Positions 47,690-60,300 of a stretch of 64,000 nt of DNA are shown piece after piece (positions within the stretch are counted from its first letter, which is position 1; each line of letters opens with the position of its first letter). The notes under the pieces are model-generated. The model was not told the origin of the DNA. It worked only from the letters and a program-made list of their open reading frames with translations, and searched no databases. A program made the position numbers and the translations under genes. The DNA comes from Psammoneis japonica (lineage: Eukaryota), in contig QPGO01000001.1 in the NCBI GenBank assembly GCA_008632985.1, forward strand, positions 776,404 through 840,403, read 5' to 3'.

Positions 47690-48085
47690 CAACGATCCTT
47701 CGGCCTGTCAATAAGCACATGAAAGATCCAAATCTGTCATCTCTGGACTCGCCATCTAAAGGATCAACGTTCAAAGGGACTCGCCAAAATTGACACCGCC
47801 GGCTTGCCCAAACAATTCTTGGCAAATGAGACTCCATTGTTGGGTGGCTTCAGTGCATCGCTGCACAACAGCATAGCCGGGATTAGTAAAAGAGTGTCAT
47901 TGAGCTGCTCCGATCGCAATGACACTCCCGTCAAGCGACAAGGACACGGATTCTCTCCAAAAATGATCTTCACCTTTGCCATTTGCCAAGCACAATTTTC
48001 CCAACAGGATTCCAATCGGTCGGAACGACTGCAATCGACGGTTCTGTATTGGGGAACACTGGCACCTACCAAATTTTCAAAATAG
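47690..48085 (-). pseudogene. Short internally deleted FG-GAP gene fragment
   Basis: PTDWNPVGKIV and LDGESRDDRFG, with nucleotide similarity to about 2050-2250 and 1160-1200 of the intact gene. Confidence 0.65.
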
Positions 48086-48780
48086 CATCGCTTCCTACAT
48101 TTTCACCTCTACCGAATGAAGGTCATTCACATAGACCATTGGAGCGCGCTATACTAAAGTCGCGTATTGGGCGCTTGCCGCCACCCCACTTCCTCCTGCA
48201 TAAGGCTCTTGCTTTTGGGGATTTACAATGGGAAAATCGGCAAAGGTGTTGTTCTTTTTTAGCCGATGCGATCCGACGCCCCTCGAGAATCGCACAGAAA
48301 AGACCCGCTCGTTCCAAGTAGTAGGGCGCTGTCAAACCAGCCGCTCAAATAATAAGAACGTCCATCGTGTTGAGCACCGCCATGTGTTGTGAAGAAGAGT
48401 GGTTGTACCGGTAGGAATTATGCCATGTCGTAGAGCAGACAAGGGCCTCTATAATTTGAGAATAGAGCAGCAGAAAAAGTTATATTTTTATGAAAGAGTA
48501 GCTACAGTATGTACTTGGAAAGGGGTTTTTATGTAGTTATGGATACGTAAGAACAAATGTACTCTTTATACTCTAGACCTTTTCGCATACTCTAGAGTAG
48601 GTGCATGCGTCCATGTGCCTTAGATCGAAGCCGAGGATAATCTCTGGATCGTCTTCAGCGCATTTTCCCAATCTACCGTTCATTACAAGCAAGCAACAAC
48701 TCGTGCCCGTGGACCATTTGCCAAGTCAAAGCCACGTCGCAATACCGCACGCAGCAAGGTCCATCCTAAACAAGACGAGG

Positions 48781-49992
48781 TCACTTCCTTGCGGGGCTGC
48801 ACTTGATGCAATAGTGCTCCTCGCCTTCGTTGCAAAATTTTGAATCAGGTGCGCACTCTTCGCAGTACCCCACACCGCAAGCCCGGCACCTGTCATCACA
48901 ACACTCTTCACAACAGAAACTATCACAGCCCCCACAAAAGGTGAATGGGCATTCGTCACAAACATTGCTTTGACAGTGTTCACATTCCCCCATAATGTAC
49001 ATGCAATCTTCGCAAAATCCTCTTTTGCAAATGTAACAATACCTTATGCCACAGTAGCGGCGATCATTACATGCTTCACAAAGTGCTTCATCACAGCCTT
49101 CACAAGAGTACAACATATACTGGTACCCGTGGCATAATGGTTGTTCGCAATCCGCACAAAGAAATGTGTATCTGCATTTTTCACAGTGTTTTCCCATGCA
49201 ATCACAGCACCAATTCGCCCCTTTACTACAAACGCCGCAATGAAGTTCCTTGCAATCACTGCAAAAAGACATCGGTCCCCGCCGCTCAAAGTCGTCTTCG
49301 TCAATAGTATCAACGATTGCTCGGTGACAACGATCACACGCAGTTCGCTGCTTTCTCATGATCTCCGCAGTGGCGCTTTGAAGCCTTTCATAAAAGTCAT
49401 CAATCGGGTGGTCGTACGAAGAGAGCAAGTTCTTGTTTTCATGCTGCCTTCGAAACTTGACAACTTTCAGTCCAACAGCCACACCCGGATAAGGCGTTAG
49501 GTTGGTGTTGATTGGGGGCATGCTCTTTAGCACCGCAATCACAAAGGAGTTGTCAAGACCTGTTCGGCCACACCTTTCCCTCTCCTTCCAGTTCCGTCGA
49601 AGATTAATCTCTTCCAGGCGACGCGAGTACATCAGAGCTGCGAGTCCACGGCCTCCAACCGAGGTACAGCCCATGAGGGAGAGGGACCTTGTGACCTTTT
49701 GAGCTTCTACATTTTGTAGCAAGGTAAAGAGATCGGCATCAGTGATTTTACTCGCATTTTGTACATCATAAAAATAAATCTCGGCCCATGCACTGGGGCA
49801 CTCTCGGTACACAAAGTGTCTCAGCCAAGACGAACACGCCGCAAGTCGCACTTTCGATTCAAGGTCGAGGAACGATACAACCATACGTGAAACCACCGTT
49901 GGAAGCAGACGAAGCGCGCAACGTTCCGCCTCCATCATCATTGGTTGTACAGCACCATGTGGGGGGCTCGCGTCGACAACGACATCCGCCAT
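48781..49992 (-). CDS. F-box-like protein with LRR-like segment and C-terminal CxxC-repeat region
   Basis: LLPTVVSRMVVSFLDLESKVRLAACSSWLR F-box pattern, ITDADL..LL and LSLMGCTSV. More than 10 CxxC pairs at the C-terminus. Intact 403-aa ORF. Confidence 0.82.
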   Translation of the reverse strand: MADVVVDASPPHGAVQPMMMEAERCALRLLPTVVSRMVVSFLDLESKVRLAACSSWLRHFVYRECPSAWAEIYFYDVQNASKITDADLFTLLQNVEAQKVTRSLSLMGCTSVGGRGLAALMYSRRLEEINLRRNWKERERCGRTGLDNSFVIAVLKSMPPINTNLTPYPGVAVGLKVVKFRRQHENKNLLSSYDHPIDDFYERLQSATAEIMRKQRTACDRCHRAIVDTIDEDDFERRGPMSFCSDCKELHCGVCSKGANWCCDCMGKHCEKCRYTFLCADCEQPLCHGYQYMLYSCEGCDEALCEACNDRRYCGIRYCYICKRGFCEDCMYIMGECEHCQSNVCDECPFTFCGGCDSFCCEECCDDRCRACGVGYCEECAPDSKFCNEGEEHYCIKCSPARK

Positions 49993-50399
49993 GGTTGCGG
50001 CACTCGAGTGTTGAATGTCAGCCGTCGTTGTGGCTGTAGGCCCCTATGCAAGCTTATGTGCTGAACGACGAATCTTTCACGCGCACGTTCGCGCCGTATT
50101 TCACGTACAAAGACACGGTGTGACTTTTGGCGCGAGGGAATGGTCCTCCCGTCGTCCACTTCAGGAACACAACTGGAAAAGTTTGTCACGGTGGCAAAGT
50201 TTGTTGGGTGTTAAGGGGTGGAGAAAGCCAACACATCTGTCATTGCCTTTCAGAGGCTTTGGCACATGCCTCTGGCTGTGAACACTCACAACCATGGCAA
50301 AATGTGCTGGGGCAGGTCTGCAGCTGATCTCCGACACACACTCGTTTCTTTTTTTCTGGCTCTCCCACACCACAAACCTTTCTCACAAATCTCGCCAGA

Positions 50400-51900
50400 T
50401 CAAAGGGTGCCAAATTGACACTGGAGCATTTGCCAGTTAAAACCTGCTCTTCCATGACTTGTCCACATGCAGTCCTCACCCATGCTGTCAGGAATTTCAT
50501 GGCTCACCGACTCATCTGCTCTTTGTGGCATCATCTCGACCCCCGTGTGGAGGATCACAAACACATTTCCAATGCTGCCAGCACCACCATTTGCCAGGTG
50601 CAGAAACTAAAAAGTGAGAGCAAGACTCAACATTCATTGGGAGTTGTCAACACAAATTTACCACATCCTCAACAGACATCAGCATGTCGTCCACTGCAAT
50701 GCTGTCTGCCCGCCCTCTCTGAAAGCCACATCGCACCCTGACACTCCAAATTCCAACACGTTCTCCTTTGCACAAACTGTCAATTAACTGGCCTTGTCTG
50801 TGCTGATCTAAGGAGGATGACAGTTCTTGGAAACCATGCCATCCAGTGCCACATGTTGGCTGTTCCATCAACTCCCATGGCTCACTTCATCTGCCTCTGC
50901 CGAAGAATGATTGCTGCCACCTCCATTCAGCAAAGGACAATCCTTCTTCACATGCCCAATCTTGCCACATTTCCAGCACTTGATCTGATTTTTCTCATTT
51001 TGTGCAAATCTTGCATCCTCAGGTTTCTTGTTGGCCCCGCACATGTCCAGCACCTGCAGCACCTCCTTGGCCAAATCAGGATGATGGTCAACCCCCAGTG
51101 CAAACTGCCGGTGAAGGTCCTTCAAGATGTGCCAATGTTCTTTAGCATCACCAACAACAACCCATTGTTTCTCATTTTCTTCGAGGTGTCATCAGCATCC
51201 ATGCTGAGCCCATGATCTTCTTTCTCAATGGTTTCTTCTGGGATGACCCTGCTGCAGGTCCCTTCCACCACCTCAACAACACTTGTGAGACAACCACTTT
51301 GAAGCACCTGTCCTTCATCTCTTGATGAACAAGCGCCAACTGCTTCCAAGCTTTGGCAGCCTGGACATGTGAGCAGATTCTCCCAGCTGCATTGAACAAG
51401 ATCAACTTGAGAATTTTCAATGATGCCACCATGCCCCACTCTGTTGCAACCTTGGTGAACTCCATCACTCCTTTCACCTTGTGACGTGCAGCCTCCTTCA
51501 TGCACTGTTTCACAATTGTGTCAAATGTCTTTGCCCTTTGCATCTTGTAGATTGCATCCTGTTGCATGCAGTGATCACATTGTTTTCCCCAGATTGACTT
51601 GTTCTCTTCTCCAGTGGGGCTCACCCAATGGACACTCCAGCTCCTCTGATGGTTTGTTCTCCTGCTCCAGAGACAACAGTGCCCACAACTCCAGACCAAA
51701 CATTCTTCCAACATGCTCAACTGTTTTCCTTGTGATTTCCATGCAACCATCTGCCTGTGAAGCTGACTTGACAATGGTGTTGTGCACCCACTCCTTCAAA
51801 TCTTTCATGCTTTCACACCACTCAGCTGCACCCTTGCCCATGTGTTTCTCCTGGCCCAACACAACTTCACACCACACCCTCTTTCAGCAGACCCTTGCAG
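50400..51900 (-). mobile_element. Degenerate LTR-retrotransposon gag region
   Basis: CCHC knuckle IKCWKCGKIGHVKKDCP near 50930-50985 within a TpA-depleted block. Boundaries are approximate. Confidence 0.7.
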
Positions 51901-53237
51901 CTGCTTCACAGCAAGGTCCTTCAGAGATTGTTTCTTCACCTTTCTTGATTGGCACCACTTCTTTGAGTGTCATGCCATGCCTGCAAATGCTGCTTGTGGG
52001 GTGCTCATGTTGACTGCCAGTGCAACATCTGCCATGGTTGCTTTGCGTGAGTGTCAAATGTCAGCCATTGTTGTGTCTGCAGTGTTGATGACATGGCATG
52101 GGCACTTTCAAGGTGGACCATGTGCACACACCAAGAATTTGTGAGACTGTCAGGATGCAAACCTCACAAACTCTGCAGCGCAAATCTGCATGTGAGCCTG
52201 TTCTGTTGCCATGCATGGTGCAAACACTGTTAAAATTTGCACTGCATGTTGCAGGCAGGGCTTCTGCAAGACAAACTTGTCATTTGTGAATGCCCAGGTG
52301 CCATTGTCACAGACACACCCTTGAACACAAAATGTGACAGAGGGAGGAACAAGACAGACAGCATGAAATGTGATGGAGGAGGGATGGCAGATGGCACAAA
52401 ACATGCAGCAATGGCACACGCAGAAGTGTGCATGGTGCTGTGCATGCATTGCTTTTAGATTGTTCTGTTCTGCAAACATGAATGAATGAAAGCTGTGAAT
52501 TGATGTTCCAGCTCTCAGTTCTCAGCACTGCATGTCATGTGCAAAGGTGCTGCAAGGCCCTGCCAGAGGCCCCACCAGCAACCACTGGCAGCAGCAGCCA
52601 CAGCAGTTTGCTCATGCCCAAGAAGAGCCCAAGTTGCATCATTGCAGACACAAATGGCAGGGTGAAGAATGTCTGCCACTGCTCCCCTCAGAGGCAATCT
52701 AGATCACACAAGGTGATGACAAGCTCTGATTCACTGCTTAATTAAAATCCCATCATTGCTCTTTTTTTAGATCACACAAGGTGGCAACAAGCTTGCTCTC
52801 TGTGATGCATTGCTGCTCAATCAAGCCACTGCACTCCTCAGCAAAAAGCCATTTCCCTGCATGTTTTGCCTTGCCAGAAGACCAGTTGCACTGGGTTTTC
52901 TCACCCATGGTCATCTGTGGTGGCAAGCAATTGCATGTTTCTGGCACTGCCAGCTGACATGCAGCAACAGCAGCACACGTGGTGGAAATGGGCTTCTTGG
53001 TGATCGTGTGCACAATGAGACTTAGATTGTTCTGTTCTGCAGATGTGAACAAACTGAGTTCTTCTGCATGCAAATGACACGCATCTGCATTGAAAAGAAA
53101 GAAAAACAAGGTGACTGTTGTGCCAGTTACAAAAATGCAAGAGCAAGCAGTGGTTGAATGTTGAGTGCACCAAGTTGCAATGGAAATTGAAAATGTGGCA
53201 GAGGAGCAATTACAGACCTCCCAAGCTGGGAGTGGTG

Positions 53238-55775
53238 TGGACGCAACCCGGATGCTGAATTGCTGTGACCCTCCGGAGCCAGATTTTTTTTTGCCACAAC
53301 AAAACCACGGCCTCTAACAACTTCCTCTTTTGACACCACCACTGTTCAACAAGATGTTGTTTCTCCCTGACACAGCTTGCATGCTTGACAACAGAAATTG
53401 GGAGCCTCATGTTGAGTGAGTCATGTCCTTTGTTTTGGGCTTTCCACGGGCTCAGGAAGCATTGGCGTCAACCTGTTTTTTTTTCTCTTCAGCTCCTGTT
53501 GCAGTTCAGCACATCACGCCCCACTTGAAGACATGTGTCTCCGTTGCCGTCAACAGCAGTCCATCACACCACTGGCACATCCATTGTCATTCACACTCCT
53601 CTGCCTCTGGTGGTGATGATGGATGAATCATTCACAGCATCACCCAAGCGCAAGCAAGATCCTCAGAGGAACCATTGCAATGGCATCTGACTGCACCCGT
53701 GCATCTGCCATGACAAAGAGGAATGCAAACAAAGTGTGGAGGACTTTGTTGATGCTGCTGATCAAAAGAGGTGCTGTTGTCATCACCTTCCTTGTGCCAG
53801 CAAGAGGAGGCCGCATGGAAGTGACAATGTGAAGAGCAACAGCATGACAGAGGTGTCCTGCCGTCACCTTTTTGGGAACTCTTGCACACCACCTAAATCT
53901 CCCGGCAACTGCAAATGCGTTGGTTTCAACCATTTCCATCCTTCCATTTTAAAGGATGACAATGGGGGTCCTTTGGAGAAAGTGGATTCTGAGACAGTGG
54001 ATGACAACACATTGAGATTGTCAGGTTGCAACGTTGGGATCAATTTGGCATCGTGACAGCAACAGCTGGTTTCCAAGAGTGGCACAGAAGTGGATGCCTT
54101 GCCTGGGACAAGTTGGGCTCTGCATGTCAATGCTTGATTTGGACTTGATGCTGGATTGCATGCCGGCAGATGTTGCATCATGTGACAACATGCCTCATTC
54201 TAGCACCAGCAGGGATCCACCTCAATGCACCTCACACATCTTGGTGACCGTGCCTGGAAAGTTCAGAGACAAGGGGCATGAAAAAATGCAGCAATTGTTG
54301 ATGGCAAAATGTTCATGATGGACACTGTTTGAGTCTGCACTGCTGTTGATTGCTTGCTGTGCAGCAACAAGACTGATTCTAGCAGCGGCTTTTAACAACG
54401 TGGTCCGTTCTGACCAGTTTGGCATTTGAGCACACAGGTCTCTGCTTTGGATGGTGCCCTGAGAACAGATTGACAGAGTTGTGGGGAACGGTTGACACTG
54501 ACCAAATTTTGTTTGCAAACAAGCCACACTGGTGCTGGTCAAAGATGAAGCAAGCGCACACAACATAAGTTGCGAGCGGCAGTCAGCCAGACTCTTTTCC
54601 CTCTGCAATTTTTTGTGGATCCACCACTTTCTTCTTTGCTCTGTCATCCCTGGCCATTTCTTTTCTCTTTTGAGTGGCTGTTTGTTTCTTTTCTTCAAAT
54701 TTTTCAAAGTGAGATTTGTCAGCCAGATGCAGATTTGGATCCGGGGCATGGCACGGGGCATGGAGATTGGCACCCCCTTGCGAGCAGTTGATGGCATGAT
54801 GCAGATGCGGGAAATGACCACTGGGCATGACATCTCGAACATGCGCATCATCAATTGCTCGCGTGAAGACACCTTCGCTCAACCAATGAAGCAACTTTAG
54901 CTTGAACACATGGGATTTTTTCTTGTTTGAAGACTTTTTTGATTGGCAGCATGATGTCACCTCTTGGACAAACGATGCTTTGCCACCTGTTGAGTGCCTC
55001 ACGTCTGTCTTGTTCTGGCCGGTTCTGCTGAAGAAGAAACAGCATCCTTTCTTCAATGGGCCCTTTTCTGGCTCTGCACTTTGCATCAGTTTGCCATTTG
55101 AGCAGATTGTGTGTGCCATCAAAGATGCACACAGCTTCAACGCCGTTGCGTTTGCACAGCCTGTTGTGATGCTGTGCCAGCAGTTTTGCAGCTTGGCCAA
55201 CAGGTGTCTTTGGCGATGCATGCACTTGCCTTGTTGCAGCTGTTGGGTCAATGAGGATCTTGTGAAGTGGAGTTGACATGTCAATTGCAACCGTTTCTCC
55301 TCTGAGTTCCGACAAATTGTTCTTGGGGTTGTCATCCACCATGTCGAACTCGGGCCTGTGCACAATGTCAAGGCAGAGGCTGCAGATGGTCACACTGCTG
55401 CAGCGCAGGCAGAAAGGAGAAAGGACAGAGTTGACAGATGCACCAGTGGTGATGGGCTGCTGTCAATGGCAACAGAGACGCACGTCTTCGAGTGGGGCGT
55501 GATGGGCCGAGCTGCAATGGCAGCAGAAGAGCGAAAAAATGGGTTGGAGTCGATGCTTCCCGGGGAAAGTGCACAATGAAGGACATGACTTGCCCAACAC
55601 AAGGCTCTCAGTTTCTATTTTTAAGAGCGCAAGTGGTGTCAGGGAGAGACAGCGTCTTGTTGAACGGTGGTAACATAAAAGAGGGTGTCGCCGAAGAGGC
55701 GTGGTTTTGTCGTGGAAAAAATTATGGCTCCGGAGGGGTCACAGCAATTCGGCCGCGCGAAACAGGTTGCGTCCA
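53238..55775. mobile_element. Putative DNA transposon with ~350-bp terminal inverted repeats, internally decayed
   Basis: 53238-about 53600 is the diverged reverse complement of about 55420-55775. Shared blocks include TGGACGCAACC, GAATTGCTGTGACCC, GTTCAACAAGA, CTCCCTGACAC and CATCACGCCCCACT. Confidence 0.85.
54895..55393 (-). pseudogene. Exo1/XPG/FEN1-family 5' nuclease N-terminal remnant inside the long-TIR element
   Basis: LSELRGETVAIDMS..LHK, NGVEAVCIFDG, K..TD.K.R and IPCVQA correspond to XPG-N/XPG-I motifs, truncated before the EAD motif. Confidence 0.75.
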
Positions 55776-56042
55776 TGTCGTAGAGGCAGGGGGCTAAACG
55801 GTGAGTTGGCACTGGAGCGTGCTAATTTTTTGTTCTCTTCTATCTTCAGACGTGGATACGAAAATTGAAACTCCATGGATTTCGATTGACACTCCAGTTC
55901 TCACAGTTCTCACACGCGGTCACTTTTGATGTCAGAACGCATTCGCTGTGTTCGCATAACGACCGAAACACAAACGGCTCACTCTCTCATTCTCAAAGAA
56001 TAATCACTTTCATTAGCAAAAGACTTGACTTGCTCTTTGTCA

Positions 56043-58028
56043 ATGCCGTCCACGAGATTCCATCCATCGGTGGAGGAGTTTCTAAACGCACTCGACCTTC
56101 CGTCGACTCATCCGCACTATTTTGAGGAGCAATCACGTCAGAGCGACGCAGTCAACGAGAAGGAAGGTACAGTCAACTCTCTCGTTCATGAAAAACATGG
56201 CCTTCTATCTCTTCAGACACCTTTGGAAACCAACAGAGAATCTCTTTATTACGTACCGCCAAAGCAAGAAGACGTTTGCAGCTCCCCAACGCGGCTTTCA
56301 AACGGCAGCAGATTTGATTCCTCGCGTTTGTACAGCAAAGATGATGTTACTGACAGGATCAAATCAGCCCTCACAACTCTGATCACATTCAAAGAGGAGG
56401 CTGGACCAGCTTTGGTGGCTTCCGGCCACTTATTCTTTCGTCTTTTCGCGCCGGCCATTCTCGCTGTTGCCGCTGTGGCAATGTTATTTACCAAGAAATC
56501 AAAAAGGTGTTGTGAAAGCAATGACAAACGCAAGAGGATTGGCATTAACTTGCTGACGAGCTTTCTAGTCATGCTGTGCTCCTTGGTGATTGCCACCGAC
56601 ACAATGTATCTTTTGGAGTATGGAAAATTGCAGCTAGTCGGATTTTATGTCATGATGAGCGCCTTTGTCTATGATTGCTGCCCGTCTCGACGCTTTGCAA
56701 AGAAACTTGTTTTGTTCATGACTTGCTGTGGAGTTTACATCGTTTTGACAGCCGAGAATCTAATCTTTGAAACAGAAGTCATACCTGGCTTTTATTACGA
56801 CGATACGAATCAAATTGTGAATGCTATAGCCAAGCTTTGGCCTGTCGAGAATCGGCTGTATTCCTCTACACCATGGGCTATGAATGGAGATACTCGAACA
56901 GGTATCCCATATTTCTTGAACAGAATCCCTGATCAAACCTACGTTCGCAGGTGAGTGCAGTTTCCTGATTGTGCAGTGCAGCATGCTTGCACGTTTTACT
57001 TGATGTTGCCAGTGCAGAATTGGCATATCTCAAGACATTTTGGTTGTTCTTCTTACCGGTACTCAGATGGGTTCCTTCCAGTATTGATGGCGCTGAAGCC
57101 GTCATTCTAGATATTGCATTCCCTAACGATGGAATTCATCGCAAGGACAAACCACTGTACTTTGTTTTATGTGGCTTTAGTGGAGGTTCACAAGAAGGAT
57201 ATGTCAAGGACTTTGTGTCTCGCATGAGGTTAAAAGGGAGTACAGTGCAGTAATGGTGATGCGTGGACTAATGGATTCACCTATTATGGACAGTGGCCTG
57301 CCTCATTTTGCTCGTATTTCTGACATTGAAGACTCCACGGGTTTTCTTCGGCAAGCTGCAGCACCTAAACAAACTCTTGCTGGTGTGGGATACAGCATGG
57401 GTGCAATCCTTCTCGGTAATTACGCAGCTAAATCTGGAAAAAACTGTAACTTGGATGCTATTGTCATGATATCAGGGGCACTCGACACACGCGTTCAGCT
57501 TAATTATAGTCGAAGTGAACGTTTCTGGCAACCAATTCTCGTGACGAGTTTTCGTGACATGGTCATGAAGAAATTCATGCCCCAGCTTCGAAAACGACTG
57601 TCGGAGAAGCAAATTAGAAAGATAGCAATATCCAGATCAATCAAAGTATTCGATGATCAGTACTCCACCCTTTATCATGGTTTTGCAGTGTTGTGGACTA
57701 TTATGGAGCCATGGGGGGCATGGGTGATGTCATTTCATTGAATGGAACATTCCAAGAAGCTGGAAGAATTGCTAATGTGTCGGTTCCGCTCTTGGCGTTA
57801 AATGCCATTGACGATCCAATTGGGACAATTAGGACGATTGGAGACCCCTATCTAGTAAGCAAATCAGGAAATGGAAACATATTGCTGCTCATCACGGAAA
57901 AAGGAGGTCATGTCGGATGGCCTATAGGGCAGAGGCTTACATCGAATGCTTGGTGCTGGATGAACAATGTTGCATCTTCTTTTGTGGATGCTGCTGACAT
58001 GGTTCTTCATGTTCAGGGCCTAGAGTGA
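56043..58028 (+). CDS. Membrane-anchored alpha/beta hydrolase (ABHD1/3, YheT-like), two exons, two apparent assembly frameshifts
   Basis: Intron 56951-57066 joins RR|W. Motifs GFSGGSQEGYV, GYSMGA (nucleophile), NAIDDPI (Asp) and GGHVGW (His). Frame breaks near 57250 and 57690. Confidence 0.88.
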
Positions 58029-58199
58029 CAAGCATTTATATACCGGTATTTTTCATTCCTTACACTACACGGATGTTTCGGACGACTTGCAATGAAAATC
58101 TACTATGTCGGCATTAGCATTGCACCCACATAGAAATAGTCTGCAATGAGTTACGGAGATTGAGCTTGGGTAAGGATTCATTCTTCATCTTAGTTAAAT

Positions 58200-60300
58200 C
58201 ACTTTGATTATCCTACTACCTTACTCTAGTTGGAGGGATGAGGGATATGATACGAATGACGAGCTGGAGGAGCTCGGCAGCTGGAATTCTATCATCAGAT
58301 TGAAAGACACAAACTTGCGCAGTCTCGAAACGTCCACGTTTGACAAGGGTGAGTTTAACACCTGCATTGGCAGGACATTTGAGGAAGAGTGAGGCATGAG
58401 GTTTGCAGGCTCGTGATGGACGGATGATGAAAAGTCAGAGAGCAGAGAGCATCTCTGATGGCATTGGACAGGGTGGTCTTGTGTCCCAATGCACAGCTGC
58501 AGAAAGCATGATCACTGCATGGATTGACAGAGCCAGTGCAGGTTGGTCAGTGTTGACAGGAAAGTGCAGCAGTTGTGGAGAAGCATGAGATGAAGGACGT
58601 CAGGTGAAAGACATTGTTGGCCAGACACAGACCGGGCAAGGGAGTGAAGAGGGAGAGACTTGCAATTTTGGAGACAGGATGGAGTGGAGTGCAGTTGCCA
58701 CATGTGGTGGGCCTTGAGCATGAAGATGTTCAAGTTGTTGTTGGAAATGGGAGTGGCACAAAGTGTGCCAGAGGGTTTTGGGTGGGGAGGTGTTGACAAG
58801 AGCAGACAGCAAGGGAGTGATGAAAGACCTGATGCAGGCACAGCAATTGTCTGGAGGTGGCCGAAGCACAAAGGGAGTGGGCACAAAAAGTGGGGATTAG
58901 AAGGGGAACACTAGAAGGGGCGGCAATGCTGAGCCAGTGAGTTCAGTGATGAGAAATGACATGGCATTGGCAGCGATGGATTGGCAGTGCCAATGCCTCT
59001 TGTTGATGCAGGCATGTGAGATGAAAGCAATGCGTGGGCTGGGTGGGGAGCAGATCAGGCAATGAGGTGTTGGAAAAATGTGTTGCAGTGGTGTTGAGTT
59101 GACCATTGGAATGGGGAGGACCAAGTGTTGATGGGCTCTGGCTTGTTGGGAGATCAAAGTTGCAGCAGACACCAGATGCAAGGAGATGGAGGATGGAGGA
59201 AATGGCACAGGTGCAGCAGAGGGTGCTCTTGGCTTGGGTGTCATGAGATGTGGACAACACACAGTCAACATTGGGTTGGAGGGTGGCAGCATTTTGCACC
59301 AAGAACATTTGGGTGAAGGCAACACTGCCAATGGGTTAACAAAGGAAGTGGTGGCCTGCAATTTTGGGAGAAGATGCTGGGTTGCCAGCTTGGATGAGGA
59401 AGGACATGGCTTGGTCAAGAATGTTGCAGCACTGGCCGGTGGGAGGTTGGGGATTCCCATCCACCACCAACATCCCATCCACCACATTCCTGTTGACAAC
59501 ACCAGCACATGGATGTCCCACATGGAACTTCCGTGGTTCCTTGAATGTCTCGCCACCATTGGTCCACAACATGGTGCACACCTCAGCCATGACAAAACTG
59601 GTGCTCTTCTCACCATTTGAGTTCAATTGCTTGAGCACTGTGCTGAAAACAAGAGCAGCAAAGGGCAAGCATCAAAGATGGGAATGAGGTGTTGGAACTG
59701 GGGCAATTCATCAAGCACTCATCTGCGCGTGTCTCTGCTGCAGCTTCAGTTGAAGAAGTTGATGAGATTGAGAGAGAGAGAAAGGTGTGAGGTGGGACTG
59801 GGGCATTTAAATGCAGGCAGTGGTGGCCATCTTTGACACCAATGCCAAACTGTTCATCATGAAGAGGATGTTGGGGTGAGGGCAGAGATGTCAGAGGTCA
59901 CAGCAAGGGCGCCAGCGATGTGACATGATGAGGCAGTGCCACAGCCAACCAGGCAAAGTTTGTGACAAGGTTGGAAAGGTCTTTGTGAAGAGCAAAAAGT
60001 GGTTGGCACATGAAATCATCTTGTGTGCTGCTTGTGGAAGAGCATTGGTCTGAACAAGCCTGAGCAGCTCCTTGAATGTGGAGAGATGTGGGTGGAGATG
60101 TGTTTTAGTTGGAGTTGAGGTTTTGAACAAGCAAGGTGCAGGCCTTGAGAAGATCCATGGAGTCAGGCAGCGGCAAAGGGGCTGGGGGCAGTGCCAGATT
60201 TGCACTTGCTTGGGGCTGAGAGCAGGTCTTCATTGGATGCTTCAGGATGAGCAGGAGGTGGAGTGGGGCTTCGAGTGTCATGGGTGCAGGATGGTGCACC
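58200..60300 (-). mobile_element. Highly degenerate second CRE-like non-LTR element
   Basis: QFGIGVK (about 59833-59853, TTGACACCAATGCCAAA shared with 32146-32162), ANHFLL, LINFFN...SRDTRR and PFAALVFSTVLKQLN are colinear with ORF2 of the younger element. Confidence 0.8.

Noticed and set aside
4345..58028. Frameshifts in otherwise intact genes (secreted protein, VWD protein, SelL, COX16, ABHD) as pseudogenisation or programmed frameshifting
   Set aside because: Those I traced are single-base losses, mostly in homopolymer runs, in genes with normal composition and intact motifs. This is typical of long-read consensus error, and an N at about 41855 also indicates imperfect polishing.
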